DNA of 64,000 nucleotides, taken from positions 5,146,001-5,210,000 of the forward strand of contig CM102283.1 in assembly GCA_046563655.1 (NCBI GenBank). The letters run 5' to 3'. The notes under the pieces are model-generated. The model ran no database searches, was not told the DNA's origin, and saw nothing but the letters and a program-made list of their open reading frames with translations. The stretch is from Yuukianura sp. NJ FZ-2021. Taxonomy: Eukaryota. Shown piece after piece: positions 36,292 to 49,900 of this stretch (within the stretch, counting starts at the first letter, position 1; each line of letters starts with the position of its first letter). A program made the translations under genes and the position numbers.

Positions 36292-37214
36292 GGAGCGTTT
36301 CTCCAGTTCATAGAGTTCGTTTCGTAGAATAAATATTCCAATCGCAATTTTACGATGAAATATTTTGTCAACGGGCAGAACATTTAGTGTCTTGAGAGAC
36401 TTTCTGTCATTGGCAGCTAGAAGAGCCCATGTCCAGTACACGCAAATCATCTAGTCGTGATATGCCTCATAAACTTTGTTTACAGATTTTCAATTTGTTC
36501 AATAAAGCAACAGACAATAATATTTAACACTCAGGATGATGACCTGTTTATTGTACAGCTGAAATTCACGGATTAAACAACGTTTAGGTTATGTTGTACA
36601 AGTCGTTGAAAATGGATTCTCTTTTGGACTATAAAGCTTCCGTATTTGAAAAGTATAAGTACTTTATGATCATTTAGCATAAAAATACCATTTAAAAATT
36701 CAACTACTGCTTTAAACTAATCTTGTCATAAACTGGGAGTGGTCGGAATAATAATACTTCGAAGGAGCTGGGATACTTGCTGCAAAAAAGAGTGGTGCCG
36801 CCTCATGTAAAAATTGCTTTAATATAATTAATAGATATTATTAAATTTTATTTATAGTTACAGTTGTGCGGTATGTGCGCGCCGGCTAAAGCAGTACGCC
36901 TCAAATTGTCTGATTTCGCAAATGTGGAGTGAAAACCATTGAAATTACACAATTTAAAAAAATCCATCATAAAGAGTAAACTAAAGTTTCACATTTTGAG
37001 TTACCTTTCCCGCCATGTTTACCTAAGTTTCAACTCGTTTTTAGGGAGACAAAATAGGGGCATACTGTTTTAGCTGGCGCGCACTGTAGTTTATGCATGC
37101 ATGTATATGTATTATTATGTGTTATACGTCGTGTATGATATTAAATTTCTACAAATTTCAAAATTCTAAATTTCTAAGTAATACAAATAGTAAGGCCAAG
37201 AACTTAATCTCGCC

Positions 37215-39674
37215 TCAACGAAACGTTAACAAAAGACTAACGGTAGTGTTCAGAACAACAGTTCCGTATGTGTGGAGACAGACATCTTTTTCTGAAAGTG
37301 TAAACAATCCTCCAACGCTTACTACAATTGGTCGGCACGATTTTCTGAAAGCGCTTTCATACTTTGTACGTGGCGCATTCCCACTGTTTTTTAAAGTGTA
37401 GAACTGCTCAGAAAATAGTCTAAGGTTAACACTATGTTTACAAAAAACAAATCCTGTGGCAAATAGTAAGATATCGATAAATGTGAATATGAGTGGTATG
37501 ACAGGGTTTGCTAGCCAATTGCATTTAAAAATTGTAAATGAAAACGAAATGATAACAAGTATGTTTCCGCAGTACGCAATTTGAATCCACCACTTGTGCT
37601 TTTCATTGTAGATGGCCATAAATGCTTGTATGGCTCTGTACAATTGACGAAATTTGTCCTTCTGTAGTTCACATGTACCGGATCCTTGAAGTGTTGTCAG
37701 TGTTTTCAACCATTGGAGAATGGAGGTAGTCATTACAAGACTAAAAAGAAAACTAACGAGGCATGCTTTTTCACGTGATCTCGAAATTTGGAATTTTAGA
37801 GTTATACTCGAGTTCCTGATGTAAGAACAAACATTGCGGTGGTAGTATTAGTTGCGAATGCAAAAAAAAAAAAAAAATTCTAACAATTCTACCCCAGTAT
37901 TTGAACCCGCGTCCCCCGCCTCAAAGGACAAAAAATGACCAGTCGCTTTCTCCCCCGCCACGCAGGGAATTTTACGGACACCTAGGTGAAGATTCTCCTC
38001 TTTGTCGTCGACACAAAAACGATTTTTTCACGGGAGAAAATTAATTTAAAAAACTTCGTTTTTTTTTCAAAAAATGGACGTAAATCCAATCGAAATTGCG
38101 AAAAAGTTCGTCAAAATTGTTGAGTATGAGTTCGGGGAGTATAATTAGAGCAAGTAGAAGTTGGGCTGACAATTTTAAATCAAAATCGAATGAAAAGCCG
38201 TCGAATCAACCTTCTCCTAAGCCGTCACGAAGTTGCAGGTCAACCGAACCTTGACCCGAATGACTGCAGGTCAAGGTCACATTAGGTGCTGGAAAAAGTA
38301 AATTCTCGACTATTGGTCCAATCCTTCCGCTGTTTTCTTGGAGACAAATGAACACATTCCCAACGATGTTTTCATAATGAAATGACATACTGAAATGACA
38401 TACCGAACAGTATATTTATGTGTCACTAGATTCTTTGGAGAAAGGACGCAGCCTCTCACGCTATTTTCTCCTATGGAGTTTAAGGTTCTTCATCCATGAG
38501 ATCCTCTGAATTTGCAACTTCGTGACGGCTTAGGAGAAGGTTGATTCGACGGATTTTCATTCGATTTTGATTTAAAATTGTCAGCCCAACTTCTACTTGC
38601 TCTAATTATACTCCCCGAACTCATACTCAACAATTTTGACGAACTTTTTCGCAATTTCGATTGGATTTACGTCCATTTTTTGAAAAAAAACGGAGTTTTT
38701 AAAATTAATTTTCACCCGTGGAGAAATCTTTTTGTGTCGACGACAAAAAGGGGAATTTTCGCCCCAGTTGTCCATAATTTCTCTTGCGTGGCGGGTGAGA
38801 AAGCGTCAGGGCGGATTTTGTCCCTTGAGGCGGGGGACGCGGGTTCAAATACTGGGGTAGAATTTTTTTTTTTTTGGCGTTCGCAAGTCGAACTACCACC
38901 AAAATGTTTGTGCTTACATCAGGAACTCGACTATAACTCTAAAATTCCAAATTTCGAGATCACGTGGAAAAGCATCCCTCGTAAGTATACCCCAAAATAC
39001 AACAAAATTCCCTGCAACAGTTCCCACAACGGTGGTCAAAATTACCGCCCCAATATTGCTTCCAATGAGAATTGAAATTACAGCTAACCCTATGAAGAAC
39101 AGATTAGTTATGGCGGCCAAAACAACGAACATTGGGTAACAGAGAAAGACTGGGAAAAACGAAAGCTTGAAAATGTGGACGTAAATGTACACTACCTTCT
39201 CAATTTGTTCACAACAAATATCACCGAATGCTTCACCTGTTAAATGATGAAATTATTATTGAAATTATTATTTTCAAATGTTACTTTAAAAATTTAAGAG
39301 TTCTTTATGTATATACTAACGTGTGACATGCTCCAGTCTTAGGAATCGGTTGAAAAAGTAATTGTGCCCATGTAGTCCGTATTCCAAAGAAATTCTGCAT
39401 AGATTGCAAAACCCGCGATGATACCCAGTGCAACTTCTCCAGCGAAGTATAAAGGTTGACTAAGTTCTGACATGGCTTGTAGCGGTATTGATTGAACCCC
39501 GATGTACAGAATTAGTCGAAGTAATTTTGATGTTACCGTTACTTTTTTTAGTATCTTGTATGGAATAATTTCCATTTTCCAATGTCTCGATTTCATCTGG
39601 ATCAAGTTGTAGGGGCAGATTTTAAAATATTGTCCAAGTTCCAAATACTGGCTCAATTCAGTGTAAGCAGACAT
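37215..39674 (-). pseudogene. Seven-transmembrane chemoreceptor-like (GR/OR superfamily) gene, ~380 codons, disrupted
   Basis: Exon 39674-39321, intron, exon 39236-37215 split by the insertion at 37757-38981; several hydrophobic segments; C-terminus KSCRPIVVSVGGLFTL...TTVSLLLTFR resembles the TM7 region of arthropod chemoreceptors; apparent 1-nt deletion near 39355. Confidence 0.65.
37757..38981. mobile_element. Foldback/MITE-like element, 1.2 kb, ~475-bp TIRs, TAA target duplication
   Basis: 37757-38237 is the imperfect reverse complement of 38513-38981 (CGAGG...CCTCG); TAA at 37754-37756 and 38982-38984; no transposase. Confidence 0.9.
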
Positions 39675-40978
39675 CGTCTAGATTACAGTTGCGATAAGCT
39701 AGAATCGGAGTGTATATTATCTGTTTTAGTATATACCAAGTTATATATGTAAAAAGAGATTTTTTTAACCTATTTACCTTGATTTTAATTGTGGAATTGA
39801 AAAGAAAATCGGGTAAGGTTAGTAATGGGTTGGCGATTATTGTAGTCTGCTTTGAAGATTTCCGATGCTTGGAAGTATTTTCTTTATGGAATTACCTTTC
39901 TAAACTTTTGCACATACAAAAATATGAATCCCTCAAATAACTAACTTTGTTTAATTTTGGGTAAAACTTGTCTGCCATTGTCCCGTACTTCGAAATGTAT
40001 TCCTTTAGTTTCTATGTCGAAGAGCCTAATTATTTTGTGGCTTCTAACTTGAAACAACTACATATCGTACTAAACTAAAATTTGGTACAAGTAGCTGTAA
40101 AGTGCGTTATACAAAAAAAAATAAAAACTGAAAGTTAATTTCGTGATTAGCATTATTGCCACAATTAAAGGCGGGTTGATCGAGGAAGTTGATTTTAAGA
40201 AATTTATGCTGCTGCTGGACAAAGCTTCAAATTGGCATTTAAGTTTTCCTAACGAAGGCTCAATCGTTTATTTACCTCTACGAAGCGAATTTCACTACAA
40301 GCATATTTGTCGCAAAGTTATATGTCGAATTATTTATTACGCTTTTTGTTCATAAAAGTATAGGTAATTATTAGCTTTCGGCTTTAGCGAATTGGGCGTT
40401 GTCAACTTGATAGTTACAAAAAACAGAGTCTATAAATAAAAAATATGTATTTAATAAGTTCGTAGGTGATACGGAGGAAAAGCGAAAAGATCGGAAATGA
40501 AAATGTTGTCGCATCGTAAAAAAACCCAAAAATTGAGACGGTCGGAAATAAAATGACCACAACATAAGAAGGGCAAGGTGGATAAACAAGCAGGTTGTTG
40601 ATTTCTACAATAGAATTGTTGTAGAAAATTTAATTAGTTTTTATAGCAATCTTGTAAGAATGGCACACCCTAAAATTTCAAGTACCAAATTGGTCGACCT
40701 CACATTCATATAAGTTCAAACGTGAATTTAAGGAAGCCCTGGTTATGTATCGCGATGATATTCATCATCCCTGTCACTGAAACTTTGTTTTTGAACGCAG
40801 AAGAGACTGAAGTAGAAGAAGTAGCTTACTTACATTTCGTCAAAACTGCCGATGGTACACAGCTTACGGAATGCCATTAAAACTTAACCAAATTAATTAG
40901 TTCTACCATGAGCTAACAGCTGAGCAGAAAATCACAACGCTTGTGAAGATTTCTTGGTATTTTAATTTGAGTTTAAAT

Positions 40979-43900
40979 TAGTTGTCTCTAAAGGCAAAGA
41001 ATCTAGAATTAAACCTTAAAATTTGCCAAAAAAAGCCAGTCTTCTGTTTTTGCACAGCCCAGTGTTGAAATCCCCTTACTGCGCGTCAAAATAAAAGCTA
41101 ACCTTTGACACAACAAATGTGACGAAAAATTCTGCTGTAACACGCAAGCAGTGGAGTCAATAGTTGTCTGTAAAGGCTCAGAATCTAGAATTAAACCTTA
41201 AAATTTGCCAAAAAAAGCCAGTCTTCTGTTTTTGCACAGCCCAGTGTTGAAATCACCTCGCTGTGCGTCAAAATAAAAGCGAACCTTTGACACAACAAAT
41301 GTGACGAAAAATTCTGCTGTAACACGCAAGCAGTGGAGTCAATAGTTGTCTGTAAAGGCTCAGAATCTAGAATTAAACCTTAAAATTTGCCAAAAAAAGC
41401 CAGTCTTCTGTTTTTGCACAGCCCAGTGTTGAAATCACCTCGCTGTGCGTCAAAATAAAAGCGAACCTTTGACACAACAAATGTGACGAAAAATTCTGCT
41501 GTAACACGCAATCAGTGGAGTCAATAGTTGTCTGTAAAGGCTCAGAATCTAGAATTAAACCTTAAAATTTGCCAAAAAAAGCCAGTCTTTTGTTTTTGCA
41601 CAGCCCAGTGTTGAAATCACCTCGCTGTGCGTCAAAATAAAAGCGAACCTTTGACACAACAAATGTGACGAAAAATTCTGCTGTAACACGCAAGCAGTGG
41701 AGTCAATAGTTGTCTGTAAAGGCTCAGAATCTAGAATTAAACCTTATTTGCAAAAAAAGCCAGTCTTCTATTTTTGCACAGCCCAGTGTTGAAATCCCCT
41801 CACTGTGCGTCAAAATAAAAGTGAACCATTGACACAACAAATGTGACGAAAAATTCTGCTGTAACACGCAAGCAGTGGAGTCAATAGTTGTCTCTAAAGG
41901 CTCAGAATCTAGAATTAAAGCTTAAAATTTGCCAAAAAAAGCCAGTGTTCTATTTTTGCGCGTGTAAGTGGTTGTAACTGTACAGCCCAGTGTTGAAATC
42001 CCCTTACTGCGCGTCAAAATAAAAGCTAACCTTTGACACAACAAATGTGACGAAAAATTCTGCTGTAACACGCAAGCCGTGGAGTCAATAGTTGTCTGTA
42101 AAGGCTCAGAATCTAGAATTAAACCTTATTTGCAAAAAAAAATGCCAGTCTTCTATTTTTGCACAGCCCAGTGTTGAAATCCCCTCACTGTGCGTCAAAA
42201 TAAAAGCGAACCTTTGACACAACAAATGTGACGAAAAATTCTGCTGTAACACGCAAGCAGTGGAGTCAATAGTTGTCTGTAAAGGCTCAGAATCTAGAAT
42301 TAAACCTTAAAATTTGCCAAAAAAAGCCAGTCTTCTGTTTTTGCACAGCCCAGTGTTGAAATCACCTCGCTGTGCGTCAAAATAAAAGCGAACCTTTGAC
42401 ACAACAAATGTGACGAAAAATTCTGCTGTAACACGCAAGCAGTGGAGTCAATAGTTGTCTGTAAAGGCTCAGAATCTAGAATTAAACCTTAAAATTTGCC
42501 AAAAAAAGCCAGTCTTCTGTTTTTGCACAGCCCAGTGTTGAAATCACCTCGCTGTGCGTCAAAATAAAAGCGAACCTTTGACACAACAAATGTGACGAAA
42601 AATTCTGCTGTAACACGCAATCAGTGGAGTCAATAGTTGTCTGTAAAGGCTCAGAATCTAGAATTAAACCTTAAAATTTGCCAAAAAAAGCCAGTCTTTT
42701 GTTTTTGCACAGCCCAGTGTTGAAATCACCTCGCTGTGCGTCAAAATAAAAGCGAACCTTTGACACAACAAATGTGACGAAAAATTCTGCTGTAACACGC
42801 AAGCAGTGGAGTCAATAGTTGTCTGTAAAGGCTCAGAATCTAGAATTAAACCTTATTTGCAAAAAAAGCCAGTCTTCTATTTTTGCACAGCCCAGTGTTG
42901 AAATCCCCTCACTGTGCGTCAAAATAAAAGTGAACCATTGACACAACAAATGTGACGAAAAATTCTGCTGTAACACGCAAGCAGTGGAGTCAATAGTTGT
43001 CTCTAAAGGCTCAGAATCTAGAATTAAAGCTTAAAATTTGCCAAAAAAAGCCAGTGTTCTATTTTTGCGCGTGTAAGTGGTTGTAACTGTACAGCCCAGT
43101 GTTGAAATCCCCTTACTGCGCGTCAAAATAAAAGCTAACCTTTGACACAACAAATGTGACGAAAAATTCTGCTGTAACACGCAAGCCGTGGAGTCAATAG
43201 TTGTCTGTAAAGGCTCAGAATCTAGAATTAAACCTTATTTGCAAAAAAAAATGCCAGTCTTCTATTTTTGCACAGCCCAGTGTTGAAATCCCCTCACTGT
43301 GCGTCAAAATAAAAGCGAACCTTTGACACAACAAATGTGACGAAAAATTCTGCTGTAACACGCAAGCAGTGGAGTCAATAGTTGTCTGTAAAGGCTCAGA
43401 ATCTAGAATTAAACCTTAAAATTTGCCAAAAAAAGCCAGTCTTCTGTTTTTGCACAGCCCAGTGTTGAAATCACCTCGCTGTGCGTCAAAATAAAAGCGA
43501 ACCTTTGACACAACAAATGTGACGAAAAATTCTGCTGTAACACGCAAGCAGTGGAGTCAATAGTTGTCTGTAAAGGCTCAGAATCTAGAATTAAACCTTA
43601 TTTGCAAAAAAAAGCCAGTCTTCTATTTTTGCACAGCCCAGTGTTGAAATCCCCTCACTGTGCGTCAAAATAAAAGTGAACCATTGACACAACAAATGTG
43701 ACGAAAAATTCTGCTGTAACACGCAAGCAGTGGAGTCAATAGTTGTCTGTAAAGGCTCAGAATTTAGAATTAAACCTTAAAATTTGCCAAAAAAAGCCAG
43801 TCTTCTGTTTTTGCACAGCCCAGTGTGGAAATCACCTCGCTGTGCGTCAAAATAAAAGCGAACCTTTGACACAACAAATGTGACGAAAAATTCTGCTGTA

Positions 43901-46900
43901 ACACGCAAGCAGTGGAGTCAATAGTTGTCTGTAAAGGCTCAGAATCTAGAATTAAACCTTAAAATTTGCCAAAAAAAGCCAGTCTTCTGTTTTTGCACAT
44001 GTGGTTTTTAACTGTACAGCCCAGTGTTGAAATCCCCTCACTGTGCGTCAAAATAAAAGCTAACCTTTGACACAACAAATGTGACAAAAAATTCTGCTGT
44101 AACACGCAAGCAGTGGAGTCAATAGTTGTCTGTAAAGGCTCAGAATCTAGAATTAAACCTTAAAATTTGCCAAAAAAAAGCCAGTCTTCTGTTTTTGCAC
44201 AGCCCAGTGTTGAAATCACCTCGCTGTGCGTCAAAATAAAAGCGAACCTTTGACACAACAAATGTGACGAAACATTCTGCTGTAACACGCAAGCAGTGGA
44301 GTCAATAGTTGTCTGTAAAGGCTCAGAATCTAGAATTAAACCTTAAAATTTGCCAAAAAAAAGCCAGTCTTCTGTTTTTGCACAGCCCAATGTTGAAATC
44401 CCCTTACTGCGCGTCAAAATAAAAGCTAACCTTTGACACAACAAATGTGACGAAAAATTCTGCTGTAACACGCAAGCAGTGGAGTCAATAGCTGTCTCTA
44501 AAGGCTCAGAATCTAGAATTAAACCTTAAAATTTGCCAAAAAAAGCCAGTCTTCTGTTTTTGCACAGCCCAGTGTTGAAATCCCCTCACTGTGCGTCAAA
44601 ATAAAAGCAAACCTTTGACACAACAAATGTGACGAAAAATTCTGCTGTAACACGCAAGCAGTGGAGTCAATAGTTGTCTCTAAAGGCTCAGAATCTAGAA
44701 TTAAAGCTTAAAATTTGCCAAAAAAAGCCAGTGTTCTATTTTTGCGCGTGTAAGTGGTTGTAACTGTACAGCCCAGTGTTGAAATCCCCTCACTGTACGT
44801 CAAAATAAAAGCGAACCTTTGACACAACAAATGCGACGAAAAATTCTGCTGTAACACGCAAGCAGTGGAGTCAATAGTTGTCTGTAAAGGCTCAGAATCT
44901 AGAATTAAACCTTATTTGCAAAAAAGCCAGTCTTCTATTTTTGCACAGCCCAGTGTTGAAATCACCTCGCTGTGCGTCAAAATAAAAGCGAACCTTTGAC
45001 ACAACAAATGTGACGAAACATTCTGCTGTAACACGCAAGCAGTGGAGTCAATAGTTGTCTCTAAAGGCTCAGAATTTAGAATTAAACCTTAAAATTTGCC
45101 AAAAAAAGCCAGTCTTCTGTTTTTGCACAGCCCAGTGTTGAAATCACCTCGCTGTGCGTCAAAATAAAAGCGAACCTTTGACACAACAAATGTGACGAAA
45201 AATTCTGCTGTAACACGCAAGCAGTGGAGTCAATAGTTGTCTCTAAAGGCTCAGAATCTAGAATTAAACCTTATTTGCAAAAAAAAGCCAGTCTTCTATT
45301 TTTGCGCGTGTAAGTGGTTTGTAACTGTACAGCCCAGTGTTGAAATCCCCTCACTGTGCGTCAAAATAAAAGCAAACCTTTGACACAACAAATGTGACGA
45401 AAAATTCTGCTGTAACACGCAAGCAGTGGAGTCAATAGTTGTCTGTAAAGGCTCAGAATCTAGAATTAAACCTTAAAATTTGCCAAAAAAAGCCAGTCTT
45501 CTGTTTTTGCACAGCCCAGTGTTGAAATCACCTCGCTGTGCGTCAAAATAAAAGCGAACCTTTGACACAACAAATGTGACGAAAAATTCTGCTGTAACAC
45601 GCAATCAGTGGAGTCAATAGTTGTCTGTAAAGGCTCAGAATCTAGAATTAAACCTTAAAATTTGCCAAAAAAAGCCAGTCTTTTGTTTTTGCACAGCCCA
45701 GTGTTGAAATCACCTCGCTGTGCGTCAAAATAAAAGCGAACCTTTGACACAACAAATGTGACGAAAAATTCTGCTGTAACACGCAAGCAGTGGAGTCAAT
45801 AGTTGTCTGTAAAGGCTCAGAATCTAGAATTAAACCTTATTTGCAAAAAAAAAGCCAGTCTTCTATTTTTGCACAGCCCAGTGTTGAAATCCCCTCACTG
45901 TGCGTCAAAATAAAAGTGAACCATTGACACAACAAATGTGACGAAAAATTCTGCTGTAACACGCAAGCAGTGGAGTCAATAGTTGTCTCTAAAGGCTCAG
46001 AATCTAGAATTAAAGCTTAAAATTTGCCAAAAAAAGCCAGTGTTCTATTTTTGCGCGTGTAAGTGGTTGTAACTGTACAGCCCAGTGTTGAAATCCCCTT
46101 ACTGCGCGTCAAAATAAAAGCTAACCTTTGACACAACAAATGTGACGAAAAATTCTGCTGTAACACGCAAGCCGTGGAGTCAATAGTTGTCTGTAAAGGC
46201 TCAGAATCTAGAATTAAACCTTATTTGCAAAAAAAAGCCAGTCTTCTATTTTTGCACAGCCCAGTGTTGAAATCCCCTCACTGTGCGTCAAAATAAAAGT
46301 GAACCATTGACACAACAAATGTGACGAAAAATTCTGCTGTAACACGCAAGCAGTGGAGTCAATAGTTGTCTGTAAAGGCTCAGAATCTAGAATTAAACCT
46401 TATTTGCAAAAAAGGCCAGTCTTCTATTTTTGCACAGCCCAGTGTTGAAATCCCCTCACTGTGCGTCAAAATAAAAGTGAACCATTGACACAACAAATGT
46501 GACGAAAAATTCTGCTGTAACACGCAAGCAGTGGAGTCAATAGTTGTCTGTAAAGGCTCAGAATTTAGAATTAAACCTTAAAATTTGCCAAAAAAAGCCA
46601 GTCTTCTGTTTTTGCACAGCCCAGTGTTGAAATCACCTCGCTGTGCGTCAAAATAAAAGCGAACCTTTGACACAACAAATGTGACGAAAAATTCTGCTGT
46701 AACACGCAAGCAGTGGAGTCAATAGTTGTCTGTAAAGGCTCAGAATCTAGAATTAAACCTTAAAATTTGCCAAAAAAAGCCAGTCTTCTGTTTTTGCACA
46801 TGTGGTTTTTAACTGTACAGCCCAGTGTTGAAATCCCCTCACTGTGCGTCAAAATAAAAGCTAACCTTTGACACAACAAATGTGACGAAAAATTCTGCTG

Positions 46901-49900
46901 TAACACGCTAGCAGTGGAGTCAATAGTTGTCTGTAAAGGCTCAGAATCTCGAATTAAACCTTAAAATTTGCCAAAAAAAGCCAGTCTTCTGTTTTTGCAC
47001 AGCCCAGTGTTGAAATCACCTCGCTGTGCGTCAAAATAAAAGCGAACCTTTGACACAACAAATGTGACGAAAAATTCTGCTGTAACACGCAAGCAGTGGA
47101 GTCAATAGTTGTCTGTAAAGGCTCAGAATCTAGAATTAAACCTTATTTGCAAAAAAGGCCAGTCTTCTATTTTTGCACAGCCCAGTGTTGAAATCCCCTC
47201 ACTGTGCGTCAAAATAAAAGTGAACCATTGACACAACAAATGTGACGAAAAATTCTGCTGTAACACGCAAGCAGTGGAGTCAATAGTTGTCTGTAAAGGC
47301 TCAGAATCTAGAATTAAACCTTATTTGCAAAAAAAGCCAGTCTTCTATTTTTGCACAGCCCAGTGTTGAAATCCCCTCACTGTGCGTCAAAATAAAAGTG
47401 AACCATTGACACAACAAATGTGACGAAAAATTCTGCTGTAACACGCAAGCAGTGGAGTCAATAGTTGTCTGTAAAGGCTCAGAATTTAGAATTAAACCTT
47501 AAAATTTGCCAAAAAAAGCCAGTCTTCTGTTTTTGCACAGCCCAGTGTTGAAATCACCTCGCTGTGCGTCAAAATAAAAGCGAACCTTTGACACAACAAA
47601 TGTGACGAAAAATTCTGCTGTAACACGCAAGCAGTGGAGTCAATAGTTGTCTGTAAAGGCTCAGAATCTAGAATTAAACCTTAAAATTTGCCAAAAAAAG
47701 CCAGTCTTCTGTTTTTGCACATGTGGTTTTTAACTGTACAGCCCAGTGTTGAAATCCCCTCACTGTGCGTCAAAATAAAAGCTAACCTTTGACACAACAA
47801 ATGTGACGAAAAATTCTGCTGTAACACGCAAGCAGTGGAGTCAATAGTTGTCTGTAAAGGCTCAGAATCTAGAATTAAACCTTAAAATTTGCCAAAAAAG
47901 CCAGTCTTCTGTTTTTGCACAGCCCAGTGTTGAAATCACCTCGCTGTGCGTCAAAATAAAAGCGAACCTTTGACACAACAAATGTGACGAAACATTCTGC
48001 TGTAACACGCAAGCAGTGGAGTCAATAGTTGTCTCTAAAGGCTCAGAATCTAGAATTAAACCTTATTTGCAAAAAAAGCCAGTCTTCTATTTTTGCGCGT
48101 GTAAGTGGTTTGTAACTGTACAGCCCAGTGTTGAAATCCCCTCACTGTGCGTCAAAATAAAAGCAAACCTTTGACACAACAAATGTGACGAAAAATTCTG
48201 CTGTAACACGCAAGCAGTGGAGTCAATAGTTGTCTGTAAAGGCTCAGAATCTAGAATTAAACCTTAAAATTTGCCAAAAAAAGCCAGTCTTCTGTTTTTG
48301 CACAGCCCAATGTTGAAATCCCCTTACTGCGCGTCAAAATAAAAGCTAACCTTTGACACAACAAATGTGACGAAAAATTCTGCTGTAACACGCAAGCAGT
48401 GGAGTCAATAGCTGTCTCTAAAGGCTCAGAATCTAGAATTAAACCTTAAAATTTGCCAAAAAAAGCCAGTCTTCTGTTTTTGCACAGCCCAGTGTTGAAA
48501 TCCCCTCACTGTGCGTCAAAATAAAAGCAAACCTTTGACACAACAAATGTGACGAAAAATTCTGCTGTAACACGCAAGCAGTGGAGTCAATAGTTGTCTC
48601 TAAAGGCTCAGAATCTAGAATTAAAGCTTAAAATTTGCCAAAAAAAGCCAGTGTTCTATTTTTGCGCGTGTAAGTGGTTGTAACTGTACAGCCCAGTGTT
48701 GAAATCCCCTCACTGTACGTCAAAATAAAAGCGAACCTTTGACACAACAAATGTGACGAAAAATTCTGCTGTAACACGCAAGCAGTGGAGTCAATAGTTG
48801 TCTGTAAAGGCTCAGAATCTAGAATTAAACCTTATTTGCAAAAAAAAGCCAGTCTTCTATTTTTGCACAGCCCAGTGTTGAAATCACCTCGCTGTGCGTC
48901 AAAATAAAAGCGAACCTTTGACACAACAAATGTGACGAAACATTCTGCTGTAACACGCAAGCAGTGGAGTCAATAGTTGTCTCTAAAGGCTCAGAATTTA
49001 GAATTAAACCTTAAAATTTGCCAAAAAAGCCAGTCTTCTGTTTTTGCACAGCCCAGTGTTGAAATCACCTCGCTGTGCGTCAAAATAAAAGTGAACCATT
49101 GACACAACAAATGTGACGAAAAATTCTGCTGTAACACGCAAGCAGTGGAGTCAATAGTTGTCTCTAAAGGCTCAGAATCTAGAATTAAAGCTTAAAATTT
49201 GCCAAAAAAAGCCAGTGTTCTATTTTTGCGCGTGTAAGTGGTTGTAACTGTACAGCCCAGTGTTGAAATCCCCTTACTGCGCGTCAAAATAAAAGCTAAC
49301 CTTTGACACAACAAATGTGACGAAAAATTCTGCTGTAACACGCAAGCCGTGGAGTCAATAGTTGTCTGTAAAGGCTCAGAATCTAGAATTAAACCTTATT
49401 TGCAAAAAAAAAAGCCAGTCTTCTATTTTTGCACAGCCCAGTGTTGAAATCACCTCGCTGTGCGTCAAACTAAAAGCGAACCTTTGACACAACAAATGTG
49501 ACGAAACATTCTGCTGTAACACGCAAGCAGTGGAGTCAATAGTTGTCTCTAAAGGCTCAGAATTTAGAATTAAACCTTAAAATTTGCCAAAAAAAGCCAG
49601 TCTTCTGTTTTTGCACAGCCCAGTGTTGAAATCCCCTCACTGTGCGTCAAAATAAAAGTGAACCATTGACACAACAAATGTGACGAAAAATTCTGCTGTA
49701 ACACGCAAGCAGTGGAGTCAATAGTTGTCTCTAAAGGCTCAGAATCTAGAATTAAACCTTATTTGCAAAAAAAGCCAGTCTTCTATTTTTGCGCGTGTAA
49801 GTGGTTTTTAACTGTACAGCCCAGTGTTGAAATCCCTCACTGTTCGTCAAAATAAAAGCGAACCTTTGACACAACAAATGTGACGAAAAATTCTGCTGTA

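Noticed and set aside
39700-40978. Possible genes in the AT-rich stretch before satellite 3
   Set aside because: Short ORFs with no recognisable motifs or consistent splice structure
40979-41200. Common origin of the three satellites or derivation from the Helentron
   Set aside because: Only short shared words (AACACGCA, GTCAAAATA, GCTCAGAAT) are visible by eye; not enough without an alignment test
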